From Antedon mediterranea (lineage: Eukaryota; Animalia; Echinodermata), in assembly GCF_964355755.1 (NCBI RefSeq), contig NC_092670.1, forward strand, positions 37,746,388-37,810,387: a stretch of DNA of 64,000 nt. The letters are read 5' to 3'. The position numbers and the translations under genes were made by a program. Of the stretch, positions 63,485 to 64,000 are shown one piece after another (positions within the stretch are counted from its first letter, which is position 1; each line of letters begins with the position of its first letter). Below the pieces are notes generated by a model, which saw only the letters and a program-made list of their open reading frames with translations, was not told where the DNA came from and ran no database searches.

Positions 63485-64000
63485 GCAGCTCTAATTTAAA
63501 AACAAATTCTCCTAGAGAATTTGTTTTCCATATTTTAAATTAAGTTTCATTTGCATCGTAGTCGCCCTATTTTTCCAAATGTTCTTACCTCAGCCCAACC
63601 AGTCAGTGACCATGGTGGGAGGAGGTCCCAGACTCTTATACATTTTTATCTCAAATTAAGTGCCATTTCCGGCCATCGAGCAGCTCTAATTTTCAAAATG
63701 TCTTACCTCAGACACTTAATATATATTGTCGGACCATGGTGGGCTAAGATCCTGGAGGCACTAATATTTTTATTTCAAATTTGAAATGCCATTTCCAGCC
63801 ATCGAGCAGCTCCATTTTTCACAATTTTCTTACCTCAGCTAGCTCCAACCATGGTGGGACTGAGGTCCTGGAGACACTTAATATATATTTTTATTAAAAA
63901 TATTAATGCCTCCAGGATCTTAGCCCACCATGGTCCGAAAATGGCATTTATAATTTAAAATAGGAAATATTATTTCCTATTTTAAATTAAATGCCATTTT
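63485..64000. repeat. Direct and inverted repeat patchwork ending in a palindrome, probably part of a foldback element
   Basis: 63730-63772 is inverted at 63896-63937. Palindrome at 63938-64000. Confidence 0.7.

Noticed and set aside
60900-63800. Short ORFs downstream of RPN2 as a further gene
   Set aside because: They are AT-rich or MITE-derived, with no recognisable motif or consistent exon chain.

Overview
AT-rich, intron-rich animal genomic DNA. Deu-domain-like SINEs point to an invertebrate deuterostome, probably an echinoderm (inference). I assembled five spliced genes by hand from GT-AG junctions with consistent phases: a C10orf67/DUF4709-DUF4724 homolog (-, 22879 to 6291), KDM1B/LSD2 (+, 23636-36853), BLOC1S5/Muted (-, 41242-39086), PDIA6 (+, 42109-47914, ending KDEL) and RPN2/ribophorin II (+, 50197 to about 59845, C-terminus ambiguous). 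There is also a probable last exon of a ZP-domain-like gene (888-1100). C10orf67/KDM1B and BLOC1S5/PDIA6 are head-to-head pairs. Non-coding DNA is packed with MITEs (Harbinger-, hAT-, Kolobok- and pogo-like), tRNA- and 5S-derived SINEs, LINE fragments, a young Penelope-like insertion with a hammerhead-like motif, and several minisatellites. Most notable: a triplicated final splice acceptor in KDM1B; a duplicated C10orf67 terminal exon; TA-N(1-4)-TA micro-insertions resembling transposon excision footprints, with TAGGCCTA clusters just downstream of gene starts; and candidate alternative RPN2 tails. There is no prokaryotic system or CRISPR array. All family assignments are from memory, not database searches, and repeat boundaries are approximate.
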